DNA of 64,000 bases from Planctomycetota bacterium (GTDB lineage: Bacteria; Planctomycetota; PLA2; JAEUHO01), in the NCBI GenBank assembly GCA_050248855.1, contig JBFWRP010000002.1, positions 96,001-160,000 of the forward strand. The letters are read 5' to 3'. Below, in pieces: positions 9,614-19,069 of the stretch. The notes below the pieces were generated by a model, which worked only from the letters and a program-made list of their open reading frames with translations, did no database searches and had not been told where the DNA came from. How positions within the stretch are numbered: position 1 is the stretch's first letter; every line of letters begins with the position of its first letter. The position numbers and the translations under genes were made by a program.

Positions 9614-10266
9614 TAGTCGAAGGTACCCGCCTCTCGCACCAGGCGGATCCAGGAGTAGCGAGGCGCGTTCCGTGTTGTGTGCCACGCGCTCATGGTCGAC
9701 CAGAGTGCGTTCATCGTGGACACGGTGGGGACGTGCCGGTGCATGTGGAGCGCACTGTTCAAGACGGCGATGAACGCCGCGTTCTCCCAGTCCAAGCTGC
9801 GGATGCCCCCCTCGGCGAATGTCGACTCGAACCACTCCGCAACCTGCGCCCAGCGCCAAAGAGGAGACTGACTGCGCAGGCTGTGCTCAGGGGCGGGGAA
9901 TCCTCCGGGCCCGCGCTCTCCTTGCGCGAGCTGCCGGATGCTCTCCCGCGTGCGTCCGACTCTCCGCGCGATCTCCGAGGCCGTCACCAGATCATCGGGC
10001 TCCACGCGAGCGACATCTACGCCGTCAATGGTCTCCACGTCGCTGATGGCGCTCAGGACGGCCTCAGGCAGCGATCTCGCGAGCCGGTCGAACTCCAAGA
10101 ACCCGACCCCGTTGCGAATCCCCAAGACGGCGTCGTCGCATCCGGCCTCGAAGACTGCCGTCTCCAAGTGGTCGTCCAGCTCGCGCACGCCAGACAGCAC
10201 GAGCGTGAAGTTGTGCGCCACGTCGCCATCTAGCGCATCCCGTGAGCTGTCACCCCGCTTGCCCAT
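9613..10266 (-). CDS. Putative HicB-like antitoxin / HTH DNA-binding protein
   Basis: FTLVL...VFEAGCDDA...EFDR.A.SL.EAVLSAI.DVE, then HTH (LVTASEIARRVGRTRESIRQL..G.RGPGGFPAP). Confidence 0.75.
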   Translation of the reverse strand: MGKRGDSSRDALDGDVAHNFTLVLSGVRELDDHLETAVFEAGCDDAVLGIRNGVGFLEFDRLARSLPEAVLSAISDVETIDGVDVARVEPDDLVTASEIARRVGRTRESIRQLAQGERGPGGFPAPEHSLRSQSPLWRWAQVAEWFESTFAEGGIRSLDWENAAFIAVLNSALHMHRHVPTVSTMNALWSTMSAWHTTRNAPRYSWIRLVREAGTFD

Positions 10267-10492
10267 GGTCACTCCTTGCGTGGTCGCACCTGTCCACGAC
10301 TCGTCGGATCTGTCGCGCGTGACGATCTGGATCGCGAGGCGTCGACCAGACGGACAGCTGGCAGTCGCCGCGCGAGCCGCCAGGACACCTGAGGCGTCCC
10401 CAGGCATGGCCCATTGACTCCGTAAGGCTCCAGCCTCTGGCGGTCGCGTGCCTCACGGCCGCCTCGATCTCCTTGTTCGGGTGTCGGGCCAC
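10250..10492 (-). CDS. Putative HicA-like toxin
   Basis: 80 aa basic protein HPNKEIEAAV..A..RGW...GHAWG.L.C...VWSTP; overlaps the downstream HTH gene. Confidence 0.65.
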   Translation of the reverse strand: MARHPNKEIEAAVRHATARGWSLTESMGHAWGRLRCPGGSRGDCQLSVWSTPRDPDRHARQIRRVVDRCDHARSDHGQAG

Positions 10493-10508
10493 GAGCCGCG
10501 CCTCTCCA

Positions 10509-10538
10509 AGGCTACCCGGCTGTTGACAGATGTCAACA
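10509..10538 (-). promoter_or_regulatory. sigma-70 promoter with a palindromic operator over the -35
   Basis: TGTTGACA-GA-TGTCAACA (10521-10538); TTGACA-N16-TAGCCT. Confidence 0.65.
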
Positions 10539-10650
10539 CCTGAGGGCGGGTTGGTGCTCCAGATGCCGCCTGTGCGGCCAGGGTGTCCACGCGCCGGTCC
10601 TCGTCGGGGTGACGCCGCGGCCGAGATGCGACGTGCTTCTCCGCCGACGC

Positions 10651-12219
10651 CTATTTGGCCGCCGTCCCTGCCTCGGCTTCGGGCCGGGGAAGCTGCTCGA
10701 GCAGCAGCTCGAGCTCGGCGCGTTGCTCGGGCGTGATCCGCACGTACTGCGTGTTGGTCCCACTCAAGCGCTCGTTCCAGAACGTGTAGACGATGCGCGC
10801 ACCGGGGGACCGATGGTCGGTCGTCCCCTCCAGCAGCGCCTCGACCATCGCGCGCACGGACGAGACGGGCTTGTCGCCCACGTGGAAGATGCCGTACCCG
10901 CGCTCGAGCAGGCCGATGCCCAGCGCCTTCGGGTCTTCGCCGGGGTGCAGGATGACCACGTGGACGTGATCCGGTAGCTCGAACGCCCGGCGCAGATCGT
11001 CCGTGACGTCCGCCACCTCGAGGCCCAGCACCTTCGATGTCGTCGCGCTGACGGCTGGCGTGATCGCCTCGGCCACCAGGCGGACGGCGTCGTCATCGTC
11101 TTCGATCGTCAGCTCGCGCTTGGCCCGCAGGTCGCGCGACGGAGCGCGAGCCGAGAGCGTGGCCTTGCCGTGCGACAGGTTCTCCAAGCGGAAGCGCCCG
11201 GCCTCGTCCGTGCGAACGCCTCGACGCAGGTTCCAGTCCGTGCCGTACTCGACGACCACGGGCACGTCGACGAGGGGATGTCCCCACGGGTCCACGACGG
11301 TGCCCGCCAGCGTGACGCCCCGGCTCATGGTCACGACCCAGGCACCACGTTCCTCGACCGGCACGTCCCCGGGATCGACGCGAAGAACGGCGTGGCCCTC
11401 CTTGTGGAACGTGATTGCCATCAGGCTCTCGAGACTCGACCACATGCCCTCGTTCAGCCCGACCTTGGGGTCCTCGGGAAACGGCCCCAGCGAGAAGCTG
11501 CCGTCCTCGGCGCTTGGCACCTGGCGCCTTCCGATGATGTGGTTGCGCCCGGACACGGTGACCGTGGTCGCGTAGTCGATCTGCACGCCGCCAAGCGGCG
11601 CACCGCCCTCATCTTGGACGTGGCCCTGGAGGTGGAAGCTGCGCCGCGCCCACACGATCACGTCGGTGACCGTGCCCAGCTTGGGGAGCGGCATGCCGTG
11701 GGGCGACTCCTCCTTCGCCCCGACGACTTTCGTGCGGAGCACGCTCCAGCCCGGAGTGTCCAGGGTGAACGCGTTCAGGTACCGGGGCGGGTCGCCCTCG
11801 ACGACGAGCCGGAAGCGACCTCCTCCGAGCATCTCGGCCGGAAGGGATTCCGTCTTCGTGCTGAAGCCGGCCCGCTCGCCGGGGACGGCCACGCTGTGTC
11901 TGCCGACCACGTCGACGCCCTCCAGCGGCTCGTCGGTCGCCGCGTCCTTCAACACGCCCATCACCATGTAGCTCGTGGCGTCTGGCGCCGGGGCCTCCTC
12001 GTCCTCCGGCGTCGTCGGTGCGAGGTCTACGGCTTCCGGCTCCGGGAGGGGGGAGCCTCTCAGGGTGGGTGCCGCCGACCCTGCCGCGCCCTCGGGGGGC
12101 GATGCGAAGTGCGAGCCGTCGCCTTCGCGCGCGTCCGGCGCACTCACCCACACCCCGACGACGACGGCTCCAACGAGAAGGACCACCAGGGCGATGGCAT
12201 TCGCTCGCGACACGTGCAT
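10651..12219 (-). CDS. Membrane-anchored protein with carboxypeptidase regulatory-like (CarboxypepD_reg) domains and a PDZ-like C-terminus
   Basis: N-terminal TM; G.V.D..G.PL.GV repeats, TDEAGRFRLENL; LGLEVADVT. Confidence 0.75.
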   Translation of the reverse strand: MHVSRANAIALVVLLVGAVVVGVWVSAPDAREGDGSHFASPPEGAAGSAAPTLRGSPLPEPEAVDLAPTTPEDEEAPAPDATSYMVMGVLKDAATDEPLEGVDVVGRHSVAVPGERAGFSTKTESLPAEMLGGGRFRLVVEGDPPRYLNAFTLDTPGWSVLRTKVVGAKEESPHGMPLPKLGTVTDVIVWARRSFHLQGHVQDEGGAPLGGVQIDYATTVTVSGRNHIIGRRQVPSAEDGSFSLGPFPEDPKVGLNEGMWSSLESLMAITFHKEGHAVLRVDPGDVPVEERGAWVVTMSRGVTLAGTVVDPWGHPLVDVPVVVEYGTDWNLRRGVRTDEAGRFRLENLSHGKATLSARAPSRDLRAKRELTIEDDDDAVRLVAEAITPAVSATTSKVLGLEVADVTDDLRRAFELPDHVHVVILHPGEDPKALGIGLLERGYGIFHVGDKPVSSVRAMVEALLEGTTDHRSPGARIVYTFWNERLSGTNTQYVRITPEQRAELELLLEQLPRPEAEAGTAAK

Positions 12220-12351
12220 GGCGCCGAGCATAGCGACGGCGTCCGGCGGCGACCGGTGCCGCAGCGGCTGCCGCCGCCGCCTGCGGCCCCTCTCGGTAGC
12301 TCCATGTGCCAGCGATGGCCAACAGCTCGTCTCGGTCATGTGTCGAGTTCG

Positions 12352-12425
12352 CTGGTCACTTCAGATAGTGACCAGTTCCATCGACAGATCTCGAGGAGCC
12401 TTTCGAGATCCCTGAAGTCAGGGCT
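12352..12425. repeat. Three adjacent palindromes in a divergent intergenic region
   Basis: CTGGTCACT-N6-AGTGACCAG; GATCTCGA-N8-TCGAGATC; CCCTGA-AG-TCAGGG. Confidence 0.6.
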
Positions 12426-12629
12426 TGGAGGGCGGGAGAGGCCGGCCGTCGCCTACCTCGACGGCCTCCTTCGGCTCGCCCTCGTGGTCCCCGCTGTCTC
12501 GCCGGTGGCGACAGGGCCTCGCAGGGCAGCAGGGCTCGGGCCCCACGGGCGAGCAGCTCCGGAGGCGGTTCCCAGGGCTCCTCGGCGGCCCCGCGCCTCG
12601 CGTACAGTCACGCTCCTGGAGAGGTGGCC

Positions 12630-13856
12630 ATGAAGACGACGGGCGCCGCGCGGATCTTGGTTGCGGGGGCACTGCTGGTTGGGGCTGGAGCGTGGGCCCA
12701 CGCGGGCGACCCGCCGAAGGCGCAGCCCACCGACCAGTACGTGAAGCTCCTCGAGGGCAAGCGCTTGGTCGAAGGGCGCGGCTTCGAGGGGGTCGTCGAG
12801 TTCGGCATGTCGCTCGCGCAGGTGAAGGAGCGTCTCGGCCCGGGCCGCGAGCCGGGTCAGCTGTGGCCAGGCTGGCACGTCTACGACAAGGGGCCGTGGA
12901 AGCTGTCGATCATCGTGCGGCCCGATCTGGAGCGCGGCCGCCAGCTGGATCGTGTCGAGGTCATGCTCCTCGAGGGCGCGAAGGCACCGGGCACGAGCTG
13001 CGGCGTCCACATCGGGGACAACATCGACAAGGTCGCGGAGGCCTACGGCAGGTCCCCCGTCCACTTCGAAGGCAAGATCGACAACCCCGACGACAAGCGC
13101 ATGTTCTTCGTGTTCGGCAGCGAGGACGGGGAAGAGGTCACCGACTTCCCGGCGCGCATCAAGTTCGACATGACCGTGAGCATGGGCAACTACTACGCGG
13201 ACCGCGGCGTCCTCGTCACGTTGGGCGACGAGGGCAAGGTCGACCGCGTCATCGCCTTCCTCAAGCCCGACCCCGTGCCCATTTGGCTGCGCGAGCAGCC
13301 TGATCCGCCCCGGCCTTGGCTGACGGTGTTCCAGGAAGGCGTGGCCAAGCCGCGGTTCGAACAGCCGGACGCCGAAGCGGAAGCACGCGGCCTGCTGCAG
13401 CTACCGCCTCCGCCCGAGGTCAACCCGATCATGCTGTCCGACCTCTCGCTGCCCATCCCGCTGGGCTGGCGCGACGAGGGTGATGTCTGGGTTTCGCCCG
13501 ACGGCGCCGAGCGGCTGAGCGTCGAGCGGGAGGTGCCCGAACCGGGCGAGGCCCCGGCCGAGTGGTTCGACTACGTGGCCTCCTTCACCACCGGCATCCT
13601 GACCGATCCCGCCCAGCGCAACGTGCCCGAGGCCCTCCTGAAGGAGATCGGCGCGTCCGCCGGACGCACCTACCACTTCCAGGCGCCCGTCGCCGATGGC
13701 GAAAGCTGTCCCCTGCGCACCTGGGTCCTCCTGCTCGCCCAGGGCGAGCAGTACTGGCGCATCAGCATCTCGCGTCGTGTCGAGAGCGACTACCCGAGCC
13801 CCGACGGCATGGAACTGGCAAGGCGCGTGTTCCGTGGGATCCGGATCACGCCGTAG
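12630..13856 (+). CDS. Secreted hypothetical protein
   Basis: Signal peptide ending AWAHA; GGAGAGG RBS; genome-like codon usage. Confidence 0.75.
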   Translation: MKTTGAARILVAGALLVGAGAWAHAGDPPKAQPTDQYVKLLEGKRLVEGRGFEGVVEFGMSLAQVKERLGPGREPGQLWPGWHVYDKGPWKLSIIVRPDLERGRQLDRVEVMLLEGAKAPGTSCGVHIGDNIDKVAEAYGRSPVHFEGKIDNPDDKRMFFVFGSEDGEEVTDFPARIKFDMTVSMGNYYADRGVLVTLGDEGKVDRVIAFLKPDPVPIWLREQPDPPRPWLTVFQEGVAKPRFEQPDAEAEARGLLQLPPPPEVNPIMLSDLSLPIPLGWRDEGDVWVSPDGAERLSVEREVPEPGEAPAEWFDYVASFTTGILTDPAQRNVPEALLKEIGASAGRTYHFQAPVADGESCPLRTWVLLLAQGEQYWRISISRRVESDYPSPDGMELARRVFRGIRITP

Positions 13857-13867
13857 CGACGCGCGCC

Positions 13868-13973
13868 CTCAGAGCCTGAGAGGAAATCTCAGGCTCGGGC
13901 GTCGGCCTGCCTTGGCAGGCCGCGCCCGATGGCACCTGAGAGGCTGAGCCTGCACTTCTGCTCAGCCTCTCAG
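13868..13973. repeat. Double hairpin between convergent genes (REP/BIME-like or terminator)
   Basis: GAGCCTGAGA-N5-TCTCAGGCTC (13872-13896) and CTGAGAGGCTGAGC-N10-GCTCAGCCTCTCAG (13936-13973). Confidence 0.65.
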
Positions 13974-14782
13974 TAGGTGCCGATCTCCTCGGGCCTGACC
14001 CCCAGGCGGCGAGCGATCGTGCGTAGCGTCGCGGCGCGCGGCGCGTCAACCTCGCCGCGCTCGATGCGGGCCAGCGTCTTGGCACTCAGGCCGGGGAAGC
14101 CGTCGCGCGGGACGCGCTTGAAACGCCGGAGGCGCCGGAGACATCCGCCGAACGAGGCGTCCGCGTCGACGCGACGGGCGTTCGCCCGTCGCCGGTACGC
14201 GGCATCGCGCTCGAGAAGCAAGGCCTCGAACGCGATCTCGTACCCGCCGAGCGCGATCGTCTGCCCGCTGTCGCGAAGCTGCAGCCGGCGGGGGTCCAAG
14301 GCGGCTTGCTCGCCAGCGGCCGCAAGGGACCTCACGGAAGCCACCAGCACCGAGAAGTCGCCTCGGTGCAGAACCAGGTGATCGCCACGGCCATCGACAC
14401 TCGCCGCGATGCAGTAGTCCTCCGGGTGATCGGAGCCAAGGACCTCCAAGAGCTCGTCCGGGCCCAGGCATGTCTGCGTACGGGGGACGATCGCCGCGAA
14501 GGCGGCGCGCAGGGATGAGAGCGCCTCCACGTCGATCTCGCACTCCAGCAAGAGTCGCGCGTGGGGACGCATGCTGGGGTGCGTAGAGAGGGCCTGGAGG
14601 AGCCACGCTGCGGACTCCTTGTGGGGCACCACCCAGAGCTGCCGCTGCCCGGCCTGGGCCAACGCCTGGCGGACCGCCTCGGCCTGACCCAACCGGTGGG
14701 ATGCGAGCCGTGCCCACCCATGCTTGCGGCGCGCGCGCGCACGGTCGACGAGCACGAGCTCGATGGCGGGTCCAGCCTTCAC
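13970..14782 (-). CDS. DUF2442-like domain plus XRE HTH protein, putative antitoxin
   Basis: LVLHRGDF...LRDSGQTIALG.YEI, then FGGCLRRLR...SAKTLARIERGE; GTGA coupling to the upstream gene. Confidence 0.7.
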   Translation of the reverse strand: MKAGPAIELVLVDRARARRKHGWARLASHRLGQAEAVRQALAQAGQRQLWVVPHKESAAWLLQALSTHPSMRPHARLLLECEIDVEALSSLRAAFAAIVPRTQTCLGPDELLEVLGSDHPEDYCIAASVDGRGDHLVLHRGDFSVLVASVRSLAAAGEQAALDPRRLQLRDSGQTIALGGYEIAFEALLLERDAAYRRRANARRVDADASFGGCLRRLRRFKRVPRDGFPGLSAKTLARIERGEVDAPRAATLRTIARRLGVRPEEIGTY

Positions 14783-15042
14783 ACGGGGTTCTCCGGGTAC
14801 ATGCGGTTCCAAGCCCGCGTGAGCTTCGGGCGCGCCCGGCGCACTTCGTCCAGGAGTGCGCCCGGTACCAGGCTCGGGTCCGGGCTGACGTCGAGGAAGC
14901 GAAGGTCACGCAGGCTCACGCGCCAGCATGAGATGCGTCGGAGCACGGAGACGTGCGGCGTCTCGCATCGCTCCCGGTCGCGGATCTTCACCTTCCACCC
15001 CTGCGCGACCAGGTCGGGTGACAGGGAGAGGGAGTACGCCAC
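14779..15042 (-). CDS. DUF4160-like putative toxin (87 aa)
   Basis: GTG start with GGAGG; GWKVKIRDRERCETPHVSV...AWNRMYP resembles the EPPHVH family. Confidence 0.6.
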   Translation of the reverse strand: MAYSLSLSPDLVAQGWKVKIRDRERCETPHVSVLRRISCWRVSLRDLRFLDVSPDPSLVPGALLDEVRRARPKLTRAWNRMYPENPV

Positions 15043-15064
15043 GGACCTCCGGGCGCGGAGCCAT

Positions 15065-15100
15065 GATGTCCCATCTGAAAGACATGTCAATGGGGACATC
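15065..15100 (-). promoter_or_regulatory. Promoter/operator of the TA-like pair
   Basis: GATGTCCC...GGGACATC inverted repeat enclosing GACATGTC and a minus-strand TTGACA (15085-15090). Confidence 0.55.
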
Positions 15101-15155
15101 CCACGTGGCATGCGGTCACGCCTTCCCCAACGCCTCGCGGCCACGGCAGCCGCGG

Positions 15156-17852
15156 TCACACGCCGGGCGACCCCCCGGACGCGATCGTCCCTCCCGGGCA
15201 GAGGTCGGCCCTCGCGGCCTCCAGCAGCGCCGTGGGGCTGTCGACGGGAATCACCCGCGCGCCGGAGAAGAGGTGGAACCACCCGCGGTAGGCGTCGGCG
15301 TCCACCTCCCAGCCGCCGCGGGCGTACACGACGTTTGTGCCGCCGAACCAGCTGGCCAGGTACGACGAGCCGCCGACGACCGAGACGAAGTGGCGGCAGC
15401 CGGCCATGACGCGAAGCTGCAGCTCGTTGAAGGTCAGGTCGGGATGCCGGGCGTGCAGGTCCTGGATCCGCAGCACGTCGGGGTGGCGGCGCGCCAGCAG
15501 CTCGAGGTCGCCGGGCTCGCCTACCTCCTGGTGGTCGTTGACGATGTCGCCCGCGCGCGGCCGGTTGTAGACCACCTGGAAGTGGGGCGTCAGCAGCGCG
15601 ACGAGCTCCAGCAACAGGTCGTTGGGGATCGCGTTGCGCTGCCCGGGATCGGTCAGGTAGTCCTCGACCGACGTCTTGTTGCAGATCACGCAGGTGGGCT
15701 TGTCGAAGCGGAAGCGCTCGTCGGCGAAGCGCTCGGCGTAGGGCGGCGGCACCCAGCGGCCCGTGTCGAGCGTCCGGGGGAAGCAGCGCAGGTCGAAGGT
15801 CTCGCGGCCGATCGGCTGCGTGGGGTACTCGGTCGTGGGCACGTAGCGCCGCGGTTCGGCGCGTTCCTCGTGGTGGGGGGAGAACCAGTAGAGGCAGCTC
15901 GTGTCGCGCGTGCTGATCGTCCGCTCGAGCCGCCCCTGCTGGTGCAGGTGGTAGGCGTAGGGGACCACCGCCTGCATCTCGAAGGCGAACTCGCCGAGGT
16001 ACTTCGTGCCGTGGGCAAGGACCTCGTGGCAGGGCACGTCGAGGGCTTGCGCGAGGCGCGGCACCACGTCGAGGCCCTTGGTCGCGTAGCACGCCACGCC
16101 GTGCACGCGGCCTGCGCGGACGTCGCGGCACACCGCGGGCACCCAGAGCAGCGCGCTGCGCGCGGCAAAGGGGGTACGCAGGCACGCACGGAGCAAGGCG
16201 ACGCGGTGTCCCCAGGGCACGGGCCCCACGAGCCAACGCGGCAGGCTGGCCAGCACGCGAAGCGGCGAGGGCCTCGCCCGCGGGTTGTCGATCGCGGCCT
16301 CCGTCACGTCGAGCGCGACGTCGGGGCCGAACCACGAGGCCTCGCAGCGCCGCGACGGCTCGGCGAAGCGCTCGAGAACCGCCAAGCGCCGCGTTCCCGC
16401 GGACGGGGCCGCCGCCGGGAGATCGGCTGCCGGCACCGAGCCTGCGCCCTCGTTGATCCACGGCCCGAGGATCTCGCGCAGCTTGATGGCGCGGCGCGTG
16501 ACGTCAAGACGCCGGGCGGGTGCGCGCCCCGGTGCGAGCGCACGCACATGGCGCAGGAGGCGCGCGCCCTGCTGGCGGAGTCTCGTCAGGGGCGTCTTGC
16601 GCCTGCGGGGCGGAATGCGAACGGGGGAGGCGTCCGTCTCCTCGAACGCGATGCGCTGGGCGAGGGGCTGCGCGCGGTAGCGTCCGACCGCCGCCTCGAG
16701 GGCGCTGACCAGCGCGTCCAGTGAAGCGTCGAACGTGACCTCGTGGCGCACGTCGCGCGCGCGATCCGCGAGTGCGCGCGTCCGGACCTCCTCGCGCAGG
16801 TCCGCGGCCAAGTCGTCGTAGTCACGATCCCGGAGGTCCAGCAGCACGCCCAGGCGCCTGGGTTCCTCGTAGCGCCATGCGCCTTCGCGACGGTCCGAGA
16901 TGATGGGCAGTCCGGCCATCAGGTACGTGCCCAGCTTGTTGGGGATGGCGGCCAGGTCGTCAAGCGGCGGCCAGTCGAACGGGTTCCCGACGTACGACCA
17001 GCCGGCGTCGTAGCGGGAGAACTCGCGGACCCAGCGCCCCTTGATGCGGCGGACACCCGCCATGTCCTCTCCGATCGCCTGCAGGGACACGTGCAGATGG
17101 ACGTGGCGCGCAAGGAGGTCGCGATGGCGTAGCGCGTCCTCCTCGGTCAGCAAGGGCGCCAGGGCCTCGTAGGTGTCGTCGTGCCCGTTCCCGTAGATGT
17201 GGACGTGGATGCCGCGCTGGGCCAGCGCGAGCACGTCCAGGCCCAGCGGACGACCCACGCAAACCGTGTGCAGCTCGCCGTCCTGGTCGGAAAGGCGCGG
17301 CGCGAAGTCGTCCGTCAGGAACTCGGCCTTCGGTCCGTCCCCGTCCAGGAAGGCCAGCTCCTCCGTCGATGCCCAGGGCAAGAGCCCGCACCCGCCGTCG
17401 GCCTCCGGTGTCGTCCAGTAGCGCCACTTGCCCTCGTTGCACACGATGTGGCCGTCCAGCGCACGCACGACGTCGAGGTCGATCTCGTGCACGTCGAAGC
17501 CGTAGTGATGGACGATCGGGGCATCGAAGCGACCCGCGGCACGCGCGCGCAGCAGCCCGCGCAGCAGGTCCCAGACGCCGAAGTCGTGGCCCAAGCCCGA
17601 CGCATCGGGCGACCACAGGTTGCGGGCGTAGACCTGGAAGAGGCCGTACACGACGTCGAGGCCCTCGCGCGCGATGACGTCAGGCGCCTCCTGCGGCGTC
17701 ACCGTGGTGACGAGCCCGTCCAGCATGGGATACGGGCCCTGGTCCCAGGCCATGCTGCGCCCCCAGAGGCCCCACAGCTGATGGCCTTGCTCGGCGAGGC
17801 TCGCGATGCGCTCCGGGTTCCAGGAGAGCGATCCGACGAGCAGGATCTTCAT
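15156..17852 (-). CDS. Large two-module glycosyltransferase-like protein
   Basis: GT-B-like N-terminus (MKILLVG..., PNKLGTYLMAGLPII); second module GEFAFEM...ELQLRVMAGCRHFVSVVGGSSYLASWFG. Confidence 0.65.
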   Translation of the reverse strand: MKILLVGSLSWNPERIASLAEQGHQLWGLWGRSMAWDQGPYPMLDGLVTTVTPQEAPDVIAREGLDVVYGLFQVYARNLWSPDASGLGHDFGVWDLLRGLLRARAAGRFDAPIVHHYGFDVHEIDLDVVRALDGHIVCNEGKWRYWTTPEADGGCGLLPWASTEELAFLDGDGPKAEFLTDDFAPRLSDQDGELHTVCVGRPLGLDVLALAQRGIHVHIYGNGHDDTYEALAPLLTEEDALRHRDLLARHVHLHVSLQAIGEDMAGVRRIKGRWVREFSRYDAGWSYVGNPFDWPPLDDLAAIPNKLGTYLMAGLPIISDRREGAWRYEEPRRLGVLLDLRDRDYDDLAADLREEVRTRALADRARDVRHEVTFDASLDALVSALEAAVGRYRAQPLAQRIAFEETDASPVRIPPRRRKTPLTRLRQQGARLLRHVRALAPGRAPARRLDVTRRAIKLREILGPWINEGAGSVPAADLPAAAPSAGTRRLAVLERFAEPSRRCEASWFGPDVALDVTEAAIDNPRARPSPLRVLASLPRWLVGPVPWGHRVALLRACLRTPFAARSALLWVPAVCRDVRAGRVHGVACYATKGLDVVPRLAQALDVPCHEVLAHGTKYLGEFAFEMQAVVPYAYHLHQQGRLERTISTRDTSCLYWFSPHHEERAEPRRYVPTTEYPTQPIGRETFDLRCFPRTLDTGRWVPPPYAERFADERFRFDKPTCVICNKTSVEDYLTDPGQRNAIPNDLLLELVALLTPHFQVVYNRPRAGDIVNDHQEVGEPGDLELLARRHPDVLRIQDLHARHPDLTFNELQLRVMAGCRHFVSVVGGSSYLASWFGGTNVVYARGGWEVDADAYRGWFHLFSGARVIPVDSPTALLEAARADLCPGGTIASGGSPGV

Positions 17853-17857
17853 CGAGC

Positions 17858-19069
17858 TCAGTTCTGCCATGCGCCGCGTATGCGATGGAGCATGTCCAAC
17901 CGCTCGTCGGCCTCGGCCACGAGGTACGCCTCGAGCAGCTCGAGGAAGCGCTGCACCATGCCGAGCGTGCTGTCGGTGGTGAGGTACTTGTACATGCCCA
18001 GGCGCCCCAACGGGACGAAGCCGGCTAGGCCCGCCGCGTGGCGCAGGTAGGCCTCGACGCGCTCGGCTTCCCACCACACCGGGTACATCTTCACGCTCGG
18101 GTCGGGGATCTCGCGCAGCACCACGCGCGGCCGCGAGCGGTCGAGCCCGTGGTGGATCACGCCGAAGTCCGTGGTGCGGCACACGGGCGTCTCGGGCCAC
18201 GGCGTGTAGAGCCAGGAGAAGGGCGTTCCGTCGGGTGCACGGCCCAGGGCGTGGTCACCGTCGTGGACCTCGATCTCCGTGCGGTAGCCGGCCCACGCCA
18301 AGGGACCGTACGGATGGCCGAGGATCTCGTCGATGGGGGCCGTCGACACGACGACGTCCGCGGTCAAGGTCTCGTCGTCCGTGCGGACGCTCACCCCGGC
18401 ACCAGCGCGCTCGACGCCGCGAATGGGAACGTCGTACCGCACGTCCTGCGCCGCGAGGAGCTGGTCGAAGATCGGGTTGAAGCCGCCGCGCGGGTAGTAG
18501 TGCGGCGCCACGCTGGGCAGGCGGTAGTCGCCGGCTTCCGGGATGCGCTCCAAGCGCCGGAGCTTGCCCCAGTCCGCAGGCATGTCCTCCAAGGCCTTGC
18601 CCCAGAACTTCCGGTTGAAGCCCTCGAAGGCAAGTCGCGTGAGCGTGGGGCCCACCGTGGACTCGAGGTAGGTCTTGAGGTTGGCCTCGTCGACCGCGCC
18701 CCCGCCGGACCGCAACGCGGACCACTCCTGCTCGACCGCCAGCCCACAGGGGAGCGTCGCGAGACTCGCGCGATCCACGGGAAAGGGGATCGTCGGGTAC
18801 CCGGGGCGCAGGCGCGTTCCCTGGTAGATCGCACGTTCGTCGAGCGTCGCGAAGCGCTTCACGAACGGGAGGATGTCGGGCGTGCCGCGGAACACGCTGA
18901 TCACCCGGGGTCCGTACTCGTACGGGATGCCCTCGGGCGTCTCGAGCGTGCGCAGCATCCCACCCGGCGCCGGGCCCTTCTCCAGCACCTGCACGGCGGC
19001 ACCGCGCCCCCGCAAGAACCATGCTGCAGAGGCTCCGGCGAACCCCGCCCCGATCACGATGACCTTCAC
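17858..19069 (-). CDS. UDP-galactopyranose mutase-like flavoprotein (Glf-like)
   Basis: GAGFAG FAD motif, EK...GG, YGP, C-terminal GRLGMYKY. Confidence 0.75.
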   Translation of the reverse strand: MKVIVIGAGFAGASAAWFLRGRGAAVQVLEKGPAPGGMLRTLETPEGIPYEYGPRVISVFRGTPDILPFVKRFATLDERAIYQGTRLRPGYPTIPFPVDRASLATLPCGLAVEQEWSALRSGGGAVDEANLKTYLESTVGPTLTRLAFEGFNRKFWGKALEDMPADWGKLRRLERIPEAGDYRLPSVAPHYYPRGGFNPIFDQLLAAQDVRYDVPIRGVERAGAGVSVRTDDETLTADVVVSTAPIDEILGHPYGPLAWAGYRTEIEVHDGDHALGRAPDGTPFSWLYTPWPETPVCRTTDFGVIHHGLDRSRPRVVLREIPDPSVKMYPVWWEAERVEAYLRHAAGLAGFVPLGRLGMYKYLTTDSTLGMVQRFLELLEAYLVAEADERLDMLHRIRGAWQN

